A stretch of 64,000 bases of DNA from Bdellovibrio sp. GTDB taxonomy: Bacteria > Bdellovibrionota > Bdellovibrionia > Bdellovibrionales > Bdellovibrionaceae. Below, piece by piece: positions 19,111 through 28,638 of the stretch. Positions within the stretch are counted from its first letter, which is position 1; each line of letters begins with the position of its first letter. The notes below the pieces were generated by a model that did no database searches, had not been told where the DNA came from, and saw nothing but the letters and a program-made list of their open reading frames with translations. The stretch is from contig JAKFBS010000011.1 in NCBI GenBank assembly GCA_036677065.1, positions 128,001 through 192,000 of the forward strand. The letters are read 5' to 3'. The position numbers and the translations under genes are program-made.

Positions 19111-20328
19111 CTATTTTAAACGATACTCAAGGCGGATATCAGTACTTTCAGCCTTCAAAAGTTTAACAACTTGAGTTTTGCTAAATGGACCATCAAGGTC
19201 TAAGCCATAACAATCGATTTTTAAACCTTCAGCAGTTACAAGCACCATCATTTTTTGATCGAAACCACGAGTGTCAGTCACTAGGGCTTTACGACCAGAA
19301 TAATCAATAGTGCTATCAGTGCGATTTTCAACTACGCAGTTACCTAATGATACAAACGATTGAGCTTCAAAACGCTGTTGGGCGAAATGGCTTAAATCGA
19401 CATAAAGATCTGCATTCGGAAAAATCAAAGTCGTTTTATTTTGAACGTACTCATAAAAATAAGTACGAGTCGTTTTACAACGATCAGCAATTGATTCTTG
19501 GGTGTATTGACGTTTAATTACAGAGCCATCGTCTTGTTTGATGTTCTTCTCACACGGACGAGCCGCATGATATTTAATTAAAGTTTCACAAGATTTAACT
19601 GCTAAAGAAGAATTAGTGATAGCTGGTTCATCGTATTTCCAGTTAGCTTGTGAACCAAGTTTAGCGATAGATTTATTAGCGCGGTCTAAAGAAGCTGACC
19701 ATTCAGATAAACGCGAAAATTCATCTTGCGAACAAACTGCGAAATTTCCTTGGTTATTATCAATCACTGGCGGTTCAGTTGGCTGAGGCTCTGCCGGTAG
19801 TGGTTGCGGGTCTACTGGAGTGATCGGTGTATTATCAATTGAGTCATCCGGGCGTAAGTTGAATTTCGTTAAGTAGCCATCAACTTTACCGCAATCACGA
19901 TGAATGGTGTAAGCGTCGTAAACTTTAACTTGCGTGCTTACGATGGTAGTTTTAGTTTTTTTGCAGGGTTCAATTTTGTGGTAAGCAAAACGACTATCGC
20001 AAGCATTGATCGCTTTAAGACTTGCATCAACAGCTTGAGCTTGCTGTTTACCTTTAGCTGCATCGATTAAGCCGTTAGCTTTATCAACAGCATTACGCCA
20101 AGAAACTAACTGAGCAAATTCGTTATTCGTACATTCACGAACTTGTTCTGGTTTTAATGGCTCTAAAACCGTTGTGTCATCTGGATTACCGTCACCATTT
20201 GGAGTAACTGGAGCTGTTAAATCAGTTCCTGAATTTCCGCCTGAATCTGCACAGCCTGTAGCTGCTAACATGTAAGCGGCACAAAAGATCACCATCATTG
20301 TAAACACAGCTTTTGAAAGCTTTTTCAT
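19111..20328 (-). CDS. Hypothetical lipoprotein with two internal Cys-rich repeats
   Basis: Lipobox ATGC; repeats CTNNEF...C...HKIEPC...C and CSQDEF...C...HAARPC...C; GGGGA RBS. Confidence 0.8.
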   Translation of the reverse strand: MKKLSKAVFTMMVIFCAAYMLAATGCADSGGNSGTDLTAPVTPNGDGNPDDTTVLEPLKPEQVRECTNNEFAQLVSWRNAVDKANGLIDAAKGKQQAQAVDASLKAINACDSRFAYHKIEPCKKTKTTIVSTQVKVYDAYTIHRDCGKVDGYLTKFNLRPDDSIDNTPITPVDPQPLPAEPQPTEPPVIDNNQGNFAVCSQDEFSRLSEWSASLDRANKSIAKLGSQANWKYDEPAITNSSLAVKSCETLIKYHAARPCEKNIKQDDGSVIKRQYTQESIADRCKTTRTYFYEYVQNKTTLIFPNADLYVDLSHFAQQRFEAQSFVSLGNCVVENRTDSTIDYSGRKALVTDTRGFDQKMMVLVTAEGLKIDCYGLDLDGPFSKTQVVKLLKAESTDIRLEYRLK

Positions 20329-20491
20329 ATATCCCCCATACGAGAAAAATTACGCTTTTAAACGACAGGTTTTAGTAGCACAAACCTATAGCTAAGAGAC
20401 CCTATCTTTAGGGCTCTGGTAAAACTTACCCAGAGTGACAATTTTGGAGTGTTTTATTCACTTTTGGCCCTATTTAATTTACATAGTACGG

Positions 20492-21418
20492 ATGATCAAA
20501 AACCGTTTGGAAAAAAACTTTAAAAAATTAAAGCCGTGGGCTGATAAAAACAAAATCGAAGCTTATCGACTTTACGATAAAGATATTCCTGAATTTCCGT
20601 TTTTGATCGACATCTACAAAGACTATTGTGTCATTTACGATAAAACTGAAATCATCGACGAAGGTAAAAATAAAGACGCCGAAGTGATGAAGGCCGCTCA
20701 GGAAGTTTTGCATTTTTCCAGTGAAAAAATTATTTTAAAAAAACGCGAAAGACAAAAGGGCGTAAGCCAATATCAAAAGCTTGAAGCCTCAAACCGTCGT
20801 TTTGCAGTTTTAGAAAATGGTGTTCCGGTTTTAGTAAATCTTTGGGATTATTTAGATACGGGATTATTTATCGATCACCGTCCGATGCGCTATTTTTTCT
20901 TAAAAAATTCTAAAGAAAAAAAACTTTTAAATCTTTTTTCTTACACTTGTGTTGTGTCGTTAATGGCTGCGCGCGGTGGTGCTAAAACTGTCAGTGTAGA
21001 TATGTCGAAAAATTACCTGAACTGGGGTAAAGACAATTTCGAATTAAACAATATCGACCTTAACGATCACCGTTTTATCGAGCAAAATGCCTTGGAATTT
21101 TTAAAAACTGCCTGCGATTGGCCAGATTATGAGCATTCGTTTGATATGGTGTTTTTAGATCCCCCGACATTCTCGAATTCAAAGGATATGGCGACTGATT
21201 TTGAGGTCGAAGAAGATCAAAAATTTATTATCGAACAATCGATGAAATTTTTGAAACCGAATGGCGTTTTGTATTTCTCGACGAATAAGCGCAAGTTTAA
21301 GGTCGATCCTGCTCTGGAAACTGAATTTAATATCAAAAATACGACTGAAAAAACGATTCCTCAGGATTGCTTCGACCAAAAAATTCACCATTCCTTTGAG
21401 ATCAGAGAAAAATCTTAA
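20492..21418 (+). CDS. RlmK/RlmI-like 23S rRNA methyltransferase (stand-alone C-terminal half of RlmKL)
   Basis: NRLEKN, YRLYDKDIPE, DYLDTGLFIDHR, LNLFSYT and DPPTFS motifs; start moved to ATG 20492. Confidence 0.85.
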   Translation: MIKNRLEKNFKKLKPWADKNKIEAYRLYDKDIPEFPFLIDIYKDYCVIYDKTEIIDEGKNKDAEVMKAAQEVLHFSSEKIILKKRERQKGVSQYQKLEASNRRFAVLENGVPVLVNLWDYLDTGLFIDHRPMRYFFLKNSKEKKLLNLFSYTCVVSLMAARGGAKTVSVDMSKNYLNWGKDNFELNNIDLNDHRFIEQNALEFLKTACDWPDYEHSFDMVFLDPPTFSNSKDMATDFEVEEDQKFIIEQSMKFLKPNGVLYFSTNKRKFKVDPALETEFNIKNTTEKTIPQDCFDQKIHHSFEIREKS

Positions 21419-21494
21419 AAAAGGCTTGCCCTTACCCCCCCTAGGCCTTAATTTCACCTCTAAATTTAACCCTGTTAAAAAAGGATCGTAAGGT

Positions 21495-22793
21495 ATGAAA
21501 GCTTTAGGAAGTCATATTTTAGTTGAGTTCACCAACTGTAAAGCTAACGTTTTAAATGACGTTGGAGCGATCGAAGCCGCAATGGTTAAAGCCGCACAAA
21601 CTGCAGGTGCTACAGTTATCAATTCTACATTTCACCATTTCTCTCCCTACGGTGTATCTGGTGTTGTGGTAATTCAAGAATCACATTTAGCAATTCACAC
21701 TTGGCCTGAATACAACTACGCAGCTGTTGATTTATTCACATGCGGCGGTTCTGTTGATCCTTGGGTGTCTTTTGAATTTTTAAGAAATGCATTTGGCGCA
21801 AACTATTCAGCTTTAGAAATGAACCGCGGTTCTACGCAAGTTATTAAAAAAGGCGAAACGTTACAAGTTAAGCCAAATGATGCTGAAAACTATGATCCAT
21901 CTAAAGGTTATAAAATCAGCCGCAATGTTTGGTTCACTGACAAAGATGAAAACCAAGCTTTATCACTTCGCTATACGGGCGATATTTTATTTGATGAACA
22001 ATCTCCGTTTCAACGCGTTCGCATTTTAGATTCGTGCTCTTACGGCAAAATGTTAGCTATTGATGACATGGTGATGTGCACTGAGCGTGATGAATACCAC
22101 TATCACGAAATGATTGCTCACCCTGCGGCGCAAGCTTTTCAATCTGTAGCTGGGCCTTTAAAAAATGTTTTAGTTATCGGTGGCGGTGACGGTGGAACAA
22201 TCCGTGAATTATTCAAATACACTTCGATCGACAAAATCACGATGGTTGAAATTGATGAAGCTGTTGTTCGCGCTTCAAAACTTCACTTACCAAATATCGC
22301 TTCTGAATTTAACAACCCGAAATTAAACTTAATCATCGGCGATGGTATTAAACACGCTGCTGAAGCAAAACCAGAAAGCTATGATTTAATCGTAGTTGAT
22401 GGTTCTGACCCTGCAGGCCCGGCTGAAGGCTTATTCACTAAAGAATTCTACACAAACTGCATGAAGGCGTTAAAACCAAATGGCGTATTAGTGACACAAG
22501 GTGAATCACCAATGTTTCACTCAGACACTTTTGTTGAACTTAATAAGTGCTTAAAAACTGTGTTTGGCCAAAACCAAGTTCACACTATGTTATTCCATGC
22601 GACAACATACCCATCTGGGATGTGGAGCTTACAAATGGCGATCAAGGGTCAATATCACCCTGTAAAGGATTTTAAAGCCTCTCAAGCCGCGCAATTTGTG
22701 AATTCACAACAACTTAAGTACTACAACGAAGATCTACATAGTGCGGCGTTTACACTGCCTACGTTTGTTCGTAACATGCTTAAAGGAGAATAA
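21495..22793 (+). CDS. speD-speE: Fused S-adenosylmethionine decarboxylase / spermidine synthase (SpeD-SpeE)
   Basis: N-terminal [11 protein letters not shown] pyruvoyl autocleavage site and DLFTCG; C-terminal [23 protein letters not shown] and YPSGMW. Confidence 0.92.
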   Translation: MKALGSHILVEFTNCKANVLNDVGAIEAAMVKAAQTAGATVINSTFHHFSPYGVSGVVVIQESHLAIHTWPEYNYAAVDLFTCGGSVDPWVSFEFLRNAFGANYSALEMNRGSTQVIKKGETLQVKPNDAENYDPSKGYKISRNVWFTDKDENQALSLRYTGDILFDEQSPFQRVRILDSCSYGKMLAIDDMVMCTERDEYHYHEMIAHPAAQAFQSVAGPLKNVLVIGGGDGGTIRELFKYTSIDKITMVEIDEAVVRASKLHLPNIASEFNNPKLNLIIGDGIKHAAEAKPESYDLIVVDGSDPAGPAEGLFTKEFYTNCMKALKPNGVLVTQGESPMFHSDTFVELNKCLKTVFGQNQVHTMLFHATTYPSGMWSLQMAIKGQYHPVKDFKASQAAQFVNSQQLKYYNEDLHSAAFTLPTFVRNMLKGE

Positions 22794-22798
22794 TTACT

Positions 22799-23419
22799 AT
22801 GTTCAAACTACCTCAACTACCTTATGCAAAAACTGACTTAGCGCCGTTATTTAACGAAGAGCAAATGACTTATCACTACGATAAGCATCACAACGCTTAC
22901 ATCGTAAATTTAAATAAATTCATCGAAACTGATCCCTCTTTAAAAGGTAAATCTTTAGAAGAAATCGTTTTATCTTCATCAGGCGGCATCTTTAACAATG
23001 CAGCTCAAATCTGGAATCACACGTTTTACTGGTTCGGTATGAGCCCTGCTGGTGCTGGCGGACAACCTTCAGCTGAGTTATCTGCACAAATCACAAAAGA
23101 TTTCGGCAGCCTAGATGAGCTTAAAGCTAAATTCGTAGACGGCGGCATGAAAACTTTCGGCTCTGGCTGGATCTGGTTATGCGTTGATAACGCTGGAAAA
23201 CTTTCTTTAGTATCAACTTCAAATGCAGCAGTTCCGTTCACGAACAATGGCCCTACTCCGCTTTTAACAGCTGATGTTTGGGAACATGCTTACTACGTTG
23301 ATTACAGAAACCTACGTCAAAAATATCTTGAGACGTTCTGGGCTCACGTTAACTGGAACTTTGTTAACGAAAACTTCGCTTCTAAAAAAGTACGCGATTT
23401 AACAAAAACAATGGTTTAA
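22799..23419 (+). CDS. sodB: Superoxide dismutase [Fe]
   Basis: HYDKHH, FNNAAQIWNH (Fe-type), FGSGW and DVWEHAYY. Confidence 0.93.
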   Translation: MFKLPQLPYAKTDLAPLFNEEQMTYHYDKHHNAYIVNLNKFIETDPSLKGKSLEEIVLSSSGGIFNNAAQIWNHTFYWFGMSPAGAGGQPSAELSAQITKDFGSLDELKAKFVDGGMKTFGSGWIWLCVDNAGKLSLVSTSNAAVPFTNNGPTPLLTADVWEHAYYVDYRNLRQKYLETFWAHVNWNFVNENFASKKVRDLTKTMV

Positions 23420-23424
23420 TTCTT

Positions 23425-23453
23425 AAAAGGGAGATTTCGATCTCCCTTTTTTT
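23425..23453 (+). terminator. Intrinsic terminator after sodB
   Basis: AAAAGGGAGAT-TTCG-ATCTCCCTTTTTTT. Confidence 0.88.
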
Positions 23454-23478
23454 ATGTCCGAATTTCGGATAAAAATCC

Positions 23479-23493
23479 TGGTCCTTAGGTTGC
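23479..23493 (+). promoter_or_regulatory. Putative sigma54 promoter of the RAYT-like gene
   Basis: TGGTCCTTAGGTTGC (GG-N10-GC) ending 14 nt before ATG 23508. Confidence 0.55.
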
Positions 23494-23507
23494 TACAGCA
23501 ACTACTT

Positions 23508-24044
23508 ATGAAATCTTTAAATCGAAAAATTAAATTCAATAAAGACGTAACCGAATATTTTCACCTAAATTTTGCGTTTACGATTCACCCTCTATTTCCT
23601 GAACTTGATTGGCTGATGATCAATTATCATCTAAAGCGTTTAGGCGAAATTTATAAAATTGAAATGCATGCCTTTGTGATGATGTCGTCGCATTCGCATT
23701 TACTGTTTAAAGCTTCGCTGCAGAATGAAAATTACTTTGCTGATGCGCTGTTAAATGAATTAAAAGTAAAAACCGGCGAAGCCTCACTGGTAGAGCCGGT
23801 TACTAATATCGCGCAGTACTTAAATTGTTATAAATACGTTTATCGTAATCCGGTCGAAGCTAGGCTTTCAACGAAAGTTGAAGAGTACCGTTTTAGTTCA
23901 CTGCATGGGTTATTAGGCAAAAGTGAATTAATCACTCCCGTGATTGATCCACTTTCGATCACTCAAAATCCGATAAAAATTTTAAATTGGTTAAACAATT
24001 ACTTCGAGAAAAAACTTTTCCATTTCAATTCTGTTGAAATATAA
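23508..24044 (+). CDS. Degenerate HUH/Y1 transposase-like (RAYT / IS200-superfamily) protein
   Basis: HAFVMMSSHSHLL (HUH) and YVYRNPVEA...EEYRFSS motifs; shortened; 3' end overlaps glpD. Confidence 0.7.
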   Translation: MKSLNRKIKFNKDVTEYFHLNFAFTIHPLFPELDWLMINYHLKRLGEIYKIEMHAFVMMSSHSHLLFKASLQNENYFADALLNELKVKTGEASLVEPVTNIAQYLNCYKYVYRNPVEARLSTKVEEYRFSSLHGLLGKSELITPVIDPLSITQNPIKILNWLNNYFEKKLFHFNSVEI

Positions 24045-25612
24045 TTTTTTAAGTCTTGTTTTTGCTTTTCAAGAGCCTCATTAGATAAATTTAATTCTGA
24101 TCTGAAAACTTCTGACACTTCATCTAAAAATTCTAAGCCATGATCTTTCTGCGCTAAAAACAAAGGCGCTCGGCGCGTGTAAAAATCAATCAGGTTCAAA
24201 CACATCGTCGTGTTAATAGCCTGATAGGCTTCTAAAGCCCAAATACGATCGGTGTATCCGTACTTTTCTAAGATCACTTTATTTTCTTTGCCGTAACGAT
24301 CAGCTAATTGTTTTAATAACGAATTTTCTGCCGTATTCACGGCTTCGCTATACGCATCTGGCGAAACGTAGGGATTAAGCGGTTCGTTAGTTTGACAGCG
24401 CTTTAATGAAGCTCGGGTATCAAAAGAAAAAGATTTTAAAGCACGATCGACAATTTGTTCAGCCATTAATCTATAAGTCGTGTATTTACCACCGGCCACG
24501 AAAGTAAATCCGCGATCATCTGACATGATCGTATGTTCGCGGCTGGTTTTACCCTCTGATGATGATTCATCTTTCACTAGCGGGCGCACGCCAACATAAC
24601 TTGAAATGATGTCTGAAGCCTGTAATTTAGCTCCGGGAAAATACTGATTTGTAATATTTAATAAATATTCAACATCTTCAGGTGTGACGATCGCGTCGGT
24701 TGGATTACCTTTAAAATCTGTATCGGTTGTTCCGACAATGATCATTTCATGGCGAGGAATCGCAAATACAATACGACTTGATTCTTGCGCTGCCATAACT
24801 ACGGCTGATGATAACGGCAAACGATCTTTAGCAAAAGTTAAATGAATGCCTTTTGTGGGGCGCAAAATTGTTTTCCAATCGTCGACAACTTTTTCGCCGA
24901 CGATGTCTGTCCAAGGACCAACAGAACAAATCACATGTTTTGCCGAGATTTTAATTTTTTTATTATTAATACTGTCTTGGGCGAAAATGGCTTTGATTTT
25001 TCCATCAATGCCAAATTCTGATTTTTCAGCAGATACGTAATTTACACAAATTGCGCCGTGCTCATTGGCTGAACGTAACGTTTCGTGAACTAGGCGATCA
25101 TCGTCCATATAGGCATCTGAATAAATAAATGAACCTTGTAATTCTTTGCCCTTAACGATCGGCATGCGATCCATAGTTTCATAGGCATTTAGGCGCTCGT
25201 GCATTTCTGGAGTTTGAAATAACGAGAGGGCATCATAAAGCCACATGCCTAATCCCATTTTAAACATGCCAACACGGCTATCTGAAAAAAGTGGAATCAT
25301 AAAACGCAAGGGATGCACTAAATGCGGGGCCATGTGAAATAATTTAGTGCGTTCGTTTAAAGCTTCAAATACTAAATGAAATTCTTTATTTTCTAAATAA
25401 CGAATACCACCGTGAATAAGTTTACTAGAACGTGATGAAGTTCCAAAAGCAAAATCATTAGCGTCAATTAGCCCTACTCTTAAGCCGCGAGCTGCCGCAT
25501 CTCTGGCAACACCTGCTCCGGTAATACCGCCACCTAAAATTAATAAATCAAAAGTCTCTGATTCAAGTTTTTTAAGGTTATCAATTCTGGTTTTAAAAGA
25601 AAAATCTTTCAT
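23999..25612 (-). CDS. glpD: FAD-dependent glycerol-3-phosphate dehydrogenase/oxidase
   Basis: GGGITGAG, GTSSRSSKLIHGGIRYL, GVRPL, SREH and GGKYTTYR. Confidence 0.92.
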   Translation of the reverse strand: MKDFSFKTRIDNLKKLESETFDLLILGGGITGAGVARDAAARGLRVGLIDANDFAFGTSSRSSKLIHGGIRYLENKEFHLVFEALNERTKLFHMAPHLVHPLRFMIPLFSDSRVGMFKMGLGMWLYDALSLFQTPEMHERLNAYETMDRMPIVKGKELQGSFIYSDAYMDDDRLVHETLRSANEHGAICVNYVSAEKSEFGIDGKIKAIFAQDSINNKKIKISAKHVICSVGPWTDIVGEKVVDDWKTILRPTKGIHLTFAKDRLPLSSAVVMAAQESSRIVFAIPRHEMIIVGTTDTDFKGNPTDAIVTPEDVEYLLNITNQYFPGAKLQASDIISSYVGVRPLVKDESSSEGKTSREHTIMSDDRGFTFVAGGKYTTYRLMAEQIVDRALKSFSFDTRASLKRCQTNEPLNPYVSPDAYSEAVNTAENSLLKQLADRYGKENKVILEKYGYTDRIWALEAYQAINTTMCLNLIDFYTRRAPLFLAQKDHGLEFLDEVSEVFRSELNLSNEALEKQKQDLKNYISTELKWKSFFSK

Positions 25613-25625
25613 TTAAGCCTTTGCT

Positions 25626-26078
25626 CTATTTAGTGGTTTTAACCCAAACACATTCATCAGACCATTTTTGAAATTTAAAAGCTGAATTTTCAAAATGCAG
25701 AGTTTCAACTGATTTTGGCAATATCACTTGTTGTAAATGCTTATCACGCGAAAGTTTAACTGCAATTTCAACAAGTTCGGCTTCGATTTTAAAATTTTCG
25801 GCTGAAATCATCTCAACCCATAGGGTTTGCGTATGCCCTTGAAAAAACAAAAATGGCTGGCCAAGAAAAAATCCATGAATTTTTTGATTTTCATCGTAAG
25901 CAATAAAGCTCCAGCCCAACTTTAAGTAATGCTCAAGGGCTTCTTTGCGAAAACGCGAATTCCACACTTGCATCATTAGTTCCATATCATCAGGAAACTG
26001 AATACGTAGTTTATCTTCAGCAAATTGATAGACTTGCTGAACATCTGTAATTTGGGCGATGCGGTAGTTTATAGACAT
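25626..26078 (-). CDS. Hypothetical protein, possible GNAT-like fold
   Basis: INYRIAQITD start and SFIAYD..IHGF strand pattern; co-oriented with glpD. Confidence 0.6.
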   Translation of the reverse strand: MSINYRIAQITDVQQVYQFAEDKLRIQFPDDMELMMQVWNSRFRKEALEHYLKLGWSFIAYDENQKIHGFFLGQPFLFFQGHTQTLWVEMISAENFKIEAELVEIAVKLSRDKHLQQVILPKSVETLHFENSAFKFQKWSDECVWVKTTK

Positions 26079-26139
26079 TTGTCTATTTGAACTTAATTTT
26101 TTACTAGAGCCAAGTCCTAACCGGATGTAGCATTAGTGT

Positions 26140-26886
26140 GTGAATTACAAACCATACCCTAATGAATTTTGGACAAATATCGAAAAAACTATTCTCGAGT
26201 TAAAAAATGCGCAAAAGCCGCTAATCGCCGCCTTTGATGCTGACGGAACTCTCTGGGATACAGATCTTGGTGAAAATTTCTTTCACCATCAGATTGATCA
26301 TAAACAAGTGCCTTTGCCCCCGAATCCTTTTGAGCACTATCTTGAGATGAAAAAAATCAATAATGACCCACGCCAAGCTTACCTGTGGCTTGCACAAATT
26401 AATCAGGGTAAATCAGTCGAACAAGTTCGCACATGGGCAAAAGAAGCCTTCGAAAACATCAAACCTAACCCAATCTTTGCTGAACAACAAAGATTGATCG
26501 AATTATTAAAAAACCACGGTGTAAAAATTTATATTATTACCGCTTCGATCAAGTGGGCTGTCGAGCCAGGCGCGATCGCTATCGGTTTAGATGCCGATAA
26601 TGTAATTGGTGTAGAAACGGCGATCAAAGATGGAATCATCACTGACACTCCGATTTTACCAATCACTTACCGCACCGGAAAAGTCGAAGCCTTGTTAGCG
26701 CAAACAAAACAAGCGCCATTTTTAGCCAGCGGCAACACTATGGGTGATTTCGAATTACTGGAATGTGCTACTCACTTACGTTTAGCCGTCAGCGCAGCGT
26801 CTCGCGATGATCGTTTATTTAAAACTGAACTCGAACTTGCGAATGAAGCAAAAAATAAAAACTGGATGCATCACCGTTTTATTTGA
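26140..26886 (+). CDS. HAD-superfamily hydrolase (SerB-like phosphatase)
   Basis: AFDADGTLW motif I, ITAS motif II, GK motif III, GNTMGD motif IV. Confidence 0.88.
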   Translation: MNYKPYPNEFWTNIEKTILELKNAQKPLIAAFDADGTLWDTDLGENFFHHQIDHKQVPLPPNPFEHYLEMKKINNDPRQAYLWLAQINQGKSVEQVRTWAKEAFENIKPNPIFAEQQRLIELLKNHGVKIYIITASIKWAVEPGAIAIGLDADNVIGVETAIKDGIITDTPILPITYRTGKVEALLAQTKQAPFLASGNTMGDFELLECATHLRLAVSAASRDDRLFKTELELANEAKNKNWMHHRFI

Positions 26887-26897
26887 TAAGGAAGCCT

Positions 26898-27281
26898 ATG
26901 TTAAATCTTGTTAAAAATCTTTGTATTATCTTTATCGCAGTTGCTATTGCCCTACTGCTTTATACTCGCGTAAAAAAAGAATACGCGGCTGATCAAAAAC
27001 ACAAGCAGGATTACACAAGAGCTCTTCAAGTAAAAAAAGAAATCATTAAATACAAAAAACCAGCGCGTGTAGAAATCGAAACGTTTACAAAACGTTATCA
27101 AAAAGACTTAGAAGATATTAAAGCGTTAAAAATTCCATTAGATGAAAATGCGGGTCACTACATGCAGGTGCAGTTATTCAGCGAAGATACAGATGAAACT
27201 TCGCCATTGATATTACAAATAAAATTTAAGGATGTTAAATCAAATGCCCTGATCAAAGAAGAGAGCATTAATCTCGAATAG
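26898..27281 (+). CDS. Hypothetical membrane-anchored protein
   Basis: N-terminal TM; ATG 26898 with AAGGA RBS. Confidence 0.7.
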   Translation: MLNLVKNLCIIFIAVAIALLLYTRVKKEYAADQKHKQDYTRALQVKKEIIKYKKPARVEIETFTKRYQKDLEDIKALKIPLDENAGHYMQVQLFSEDTDETSPLILQIKFKDVKSNALIKEESINLE

Positions 27282-27288
27282 GCCCAGG

Positions 27289-28629
27289 CTAGCGTGTGCT
27301 AGCCATTAGTTTTTCGATCTCATCAACTTCTTTAGGTACTCCAGCTGTCATATTTTCACAGCCTTTTTCAGTCACTAGAATATTATCTTCAATACGGATT
27401 CCGATACCACGTAACTCTTCAGGAGCCGTCATATCATTGGCCGGAATATAAAGACCAGGCTCTACCGTGAACACCATACCAGCTTCGATCGGGCGCGCTT
27501 CACCTTTGATCATGTACATTCCAGAATCATGCACATCCATACCTAACCAGTGGCCGATGCCGTGTGGATAGTACTTACGATGTTCGTTAGCTTTCATGAT
27601 GTCTTCTTTACGGCCGCGCACTAAGCTTAATTCGATCATTAGATCAGTCAAACGGCTTTCGCCCATCGCATGTAAATCTTTAAAATAAATTCCAGGTTTG
27701 ATGTAATCAATAATCTCTTTTTGGATTTTTAAAACACCTTCATAAACTTTTTTCTGAATTGGTGTAAAACGACCATTCACCGGAAAAGTTCTTGTGATAT
27801 CGCCAGAGTAGAAATTCATTTCACAACCAGCATCGATTAATAATAACTCACCGTTTTCACAAACTTGGTCATTAAAGTTATAATGTAGGGTTGTCGCATT
27901 GTTACCACTGGCTACGATGAAGTTATAACCTTCACGGCCTGAATTATTTGAATAGAATGAATGCGTAAGCACGGCTTGCACTTGGCGCTCAGTGACTCCT
28001 GGGCGAGTGAATTTCATGGCTTCAACATGAGCTTTTGCTGAAATCTCGCAAGCTGCACGCTGATTGCGAAGATCATCTTCATTTTTACGTAAACGAAATT
28101 CACCTAAAAATGTGTCAGCATCTTTAATAGATAATAAACCATAACCAGAACGGCCATAAGCACGTTTTAAATTTAATAAAATATTTTGCACCTGACGGTC
28201 TGCTTCTGGATTTTTGAATAGGCGGTAATATAAATCTTCATAGCCTTTTAAAAGTTCGACAGCTTTTTTTTCGAACTCTTCAATTGGATAAACTTCATCA
28301 ATTAAAAATTCTTTTTTTGTGCCTTCTGGTCCAAAACGAAATCCATCCCATGTTTCACGCTCAACATTTTTTTGGCGCACGAACATCACTGATTCAGGTG
28401 TTTTACCTGGGCGTAATAATAAAAAAGCTTCTGGCTCTTCAAAACCGGTTAAATAATACATATTTGAATCTTGGCGGTACGGATAATGAACATCATCGTT
28501 TCTGACATGTTCTGGATGTGCCGCAACTAATAAAGCTGCATTATGAAGACCCGCCATTACTTTTTGACGGCGACGTTTAAAAATTTCTGCATTTTCGGTC
28601 GACTTGCGAGTCGCTTTGCTAATTGCCAT
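27289..28629 (-). CDS. pepP: Xaa-Pro aminopeptidase
   Basis: YRQDSNMYYLTGF, LHY, DAG...DITRT, HGIGHWLGMDVHD, TVEPGLY and GIRIED. Confidence 0.95.
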   Translation of the reverse strand: MAISKATRKSTENAEIFKRRRQKVMAGLHNAALLVAAHPEHVRNDDVHYPYRQDSNMYYLTGFEEPEAFLLLRPGKTPESVMFVRQKNVERETWDGFRFGPEGTKKEFLIDEVYPIEEFEKKAVELLKGYEDLYYRLFKNPEADRQVQNILLNLKRAYGRSGYGLLSIKDADTFLGEFRLRKNEDDLRNQRAACEISAKAHVEAMKFTRPGVTERQVQAVLTHSFYSNNSGREGYNFIVASGNNATTLHYNFNDQVCENGELLLIDAGCEMNFYSGDITRTFPVNGRFTPIQKKVYEGVLKIQKEIIDYIKPGIYFKDLHAMGESRLTDLMIELSLVRGRKEDIMKANEHRKYYPHGIGHWLGMDVHDSGMYMIKGEARPIEAGMVFTVEPGLYIPANDMTAPEELRGIGIRIEDNILVTEKGCENMTAGVPKEVDEIEKLMASTR

Positions 28630-28638
28630 ACACTATCC

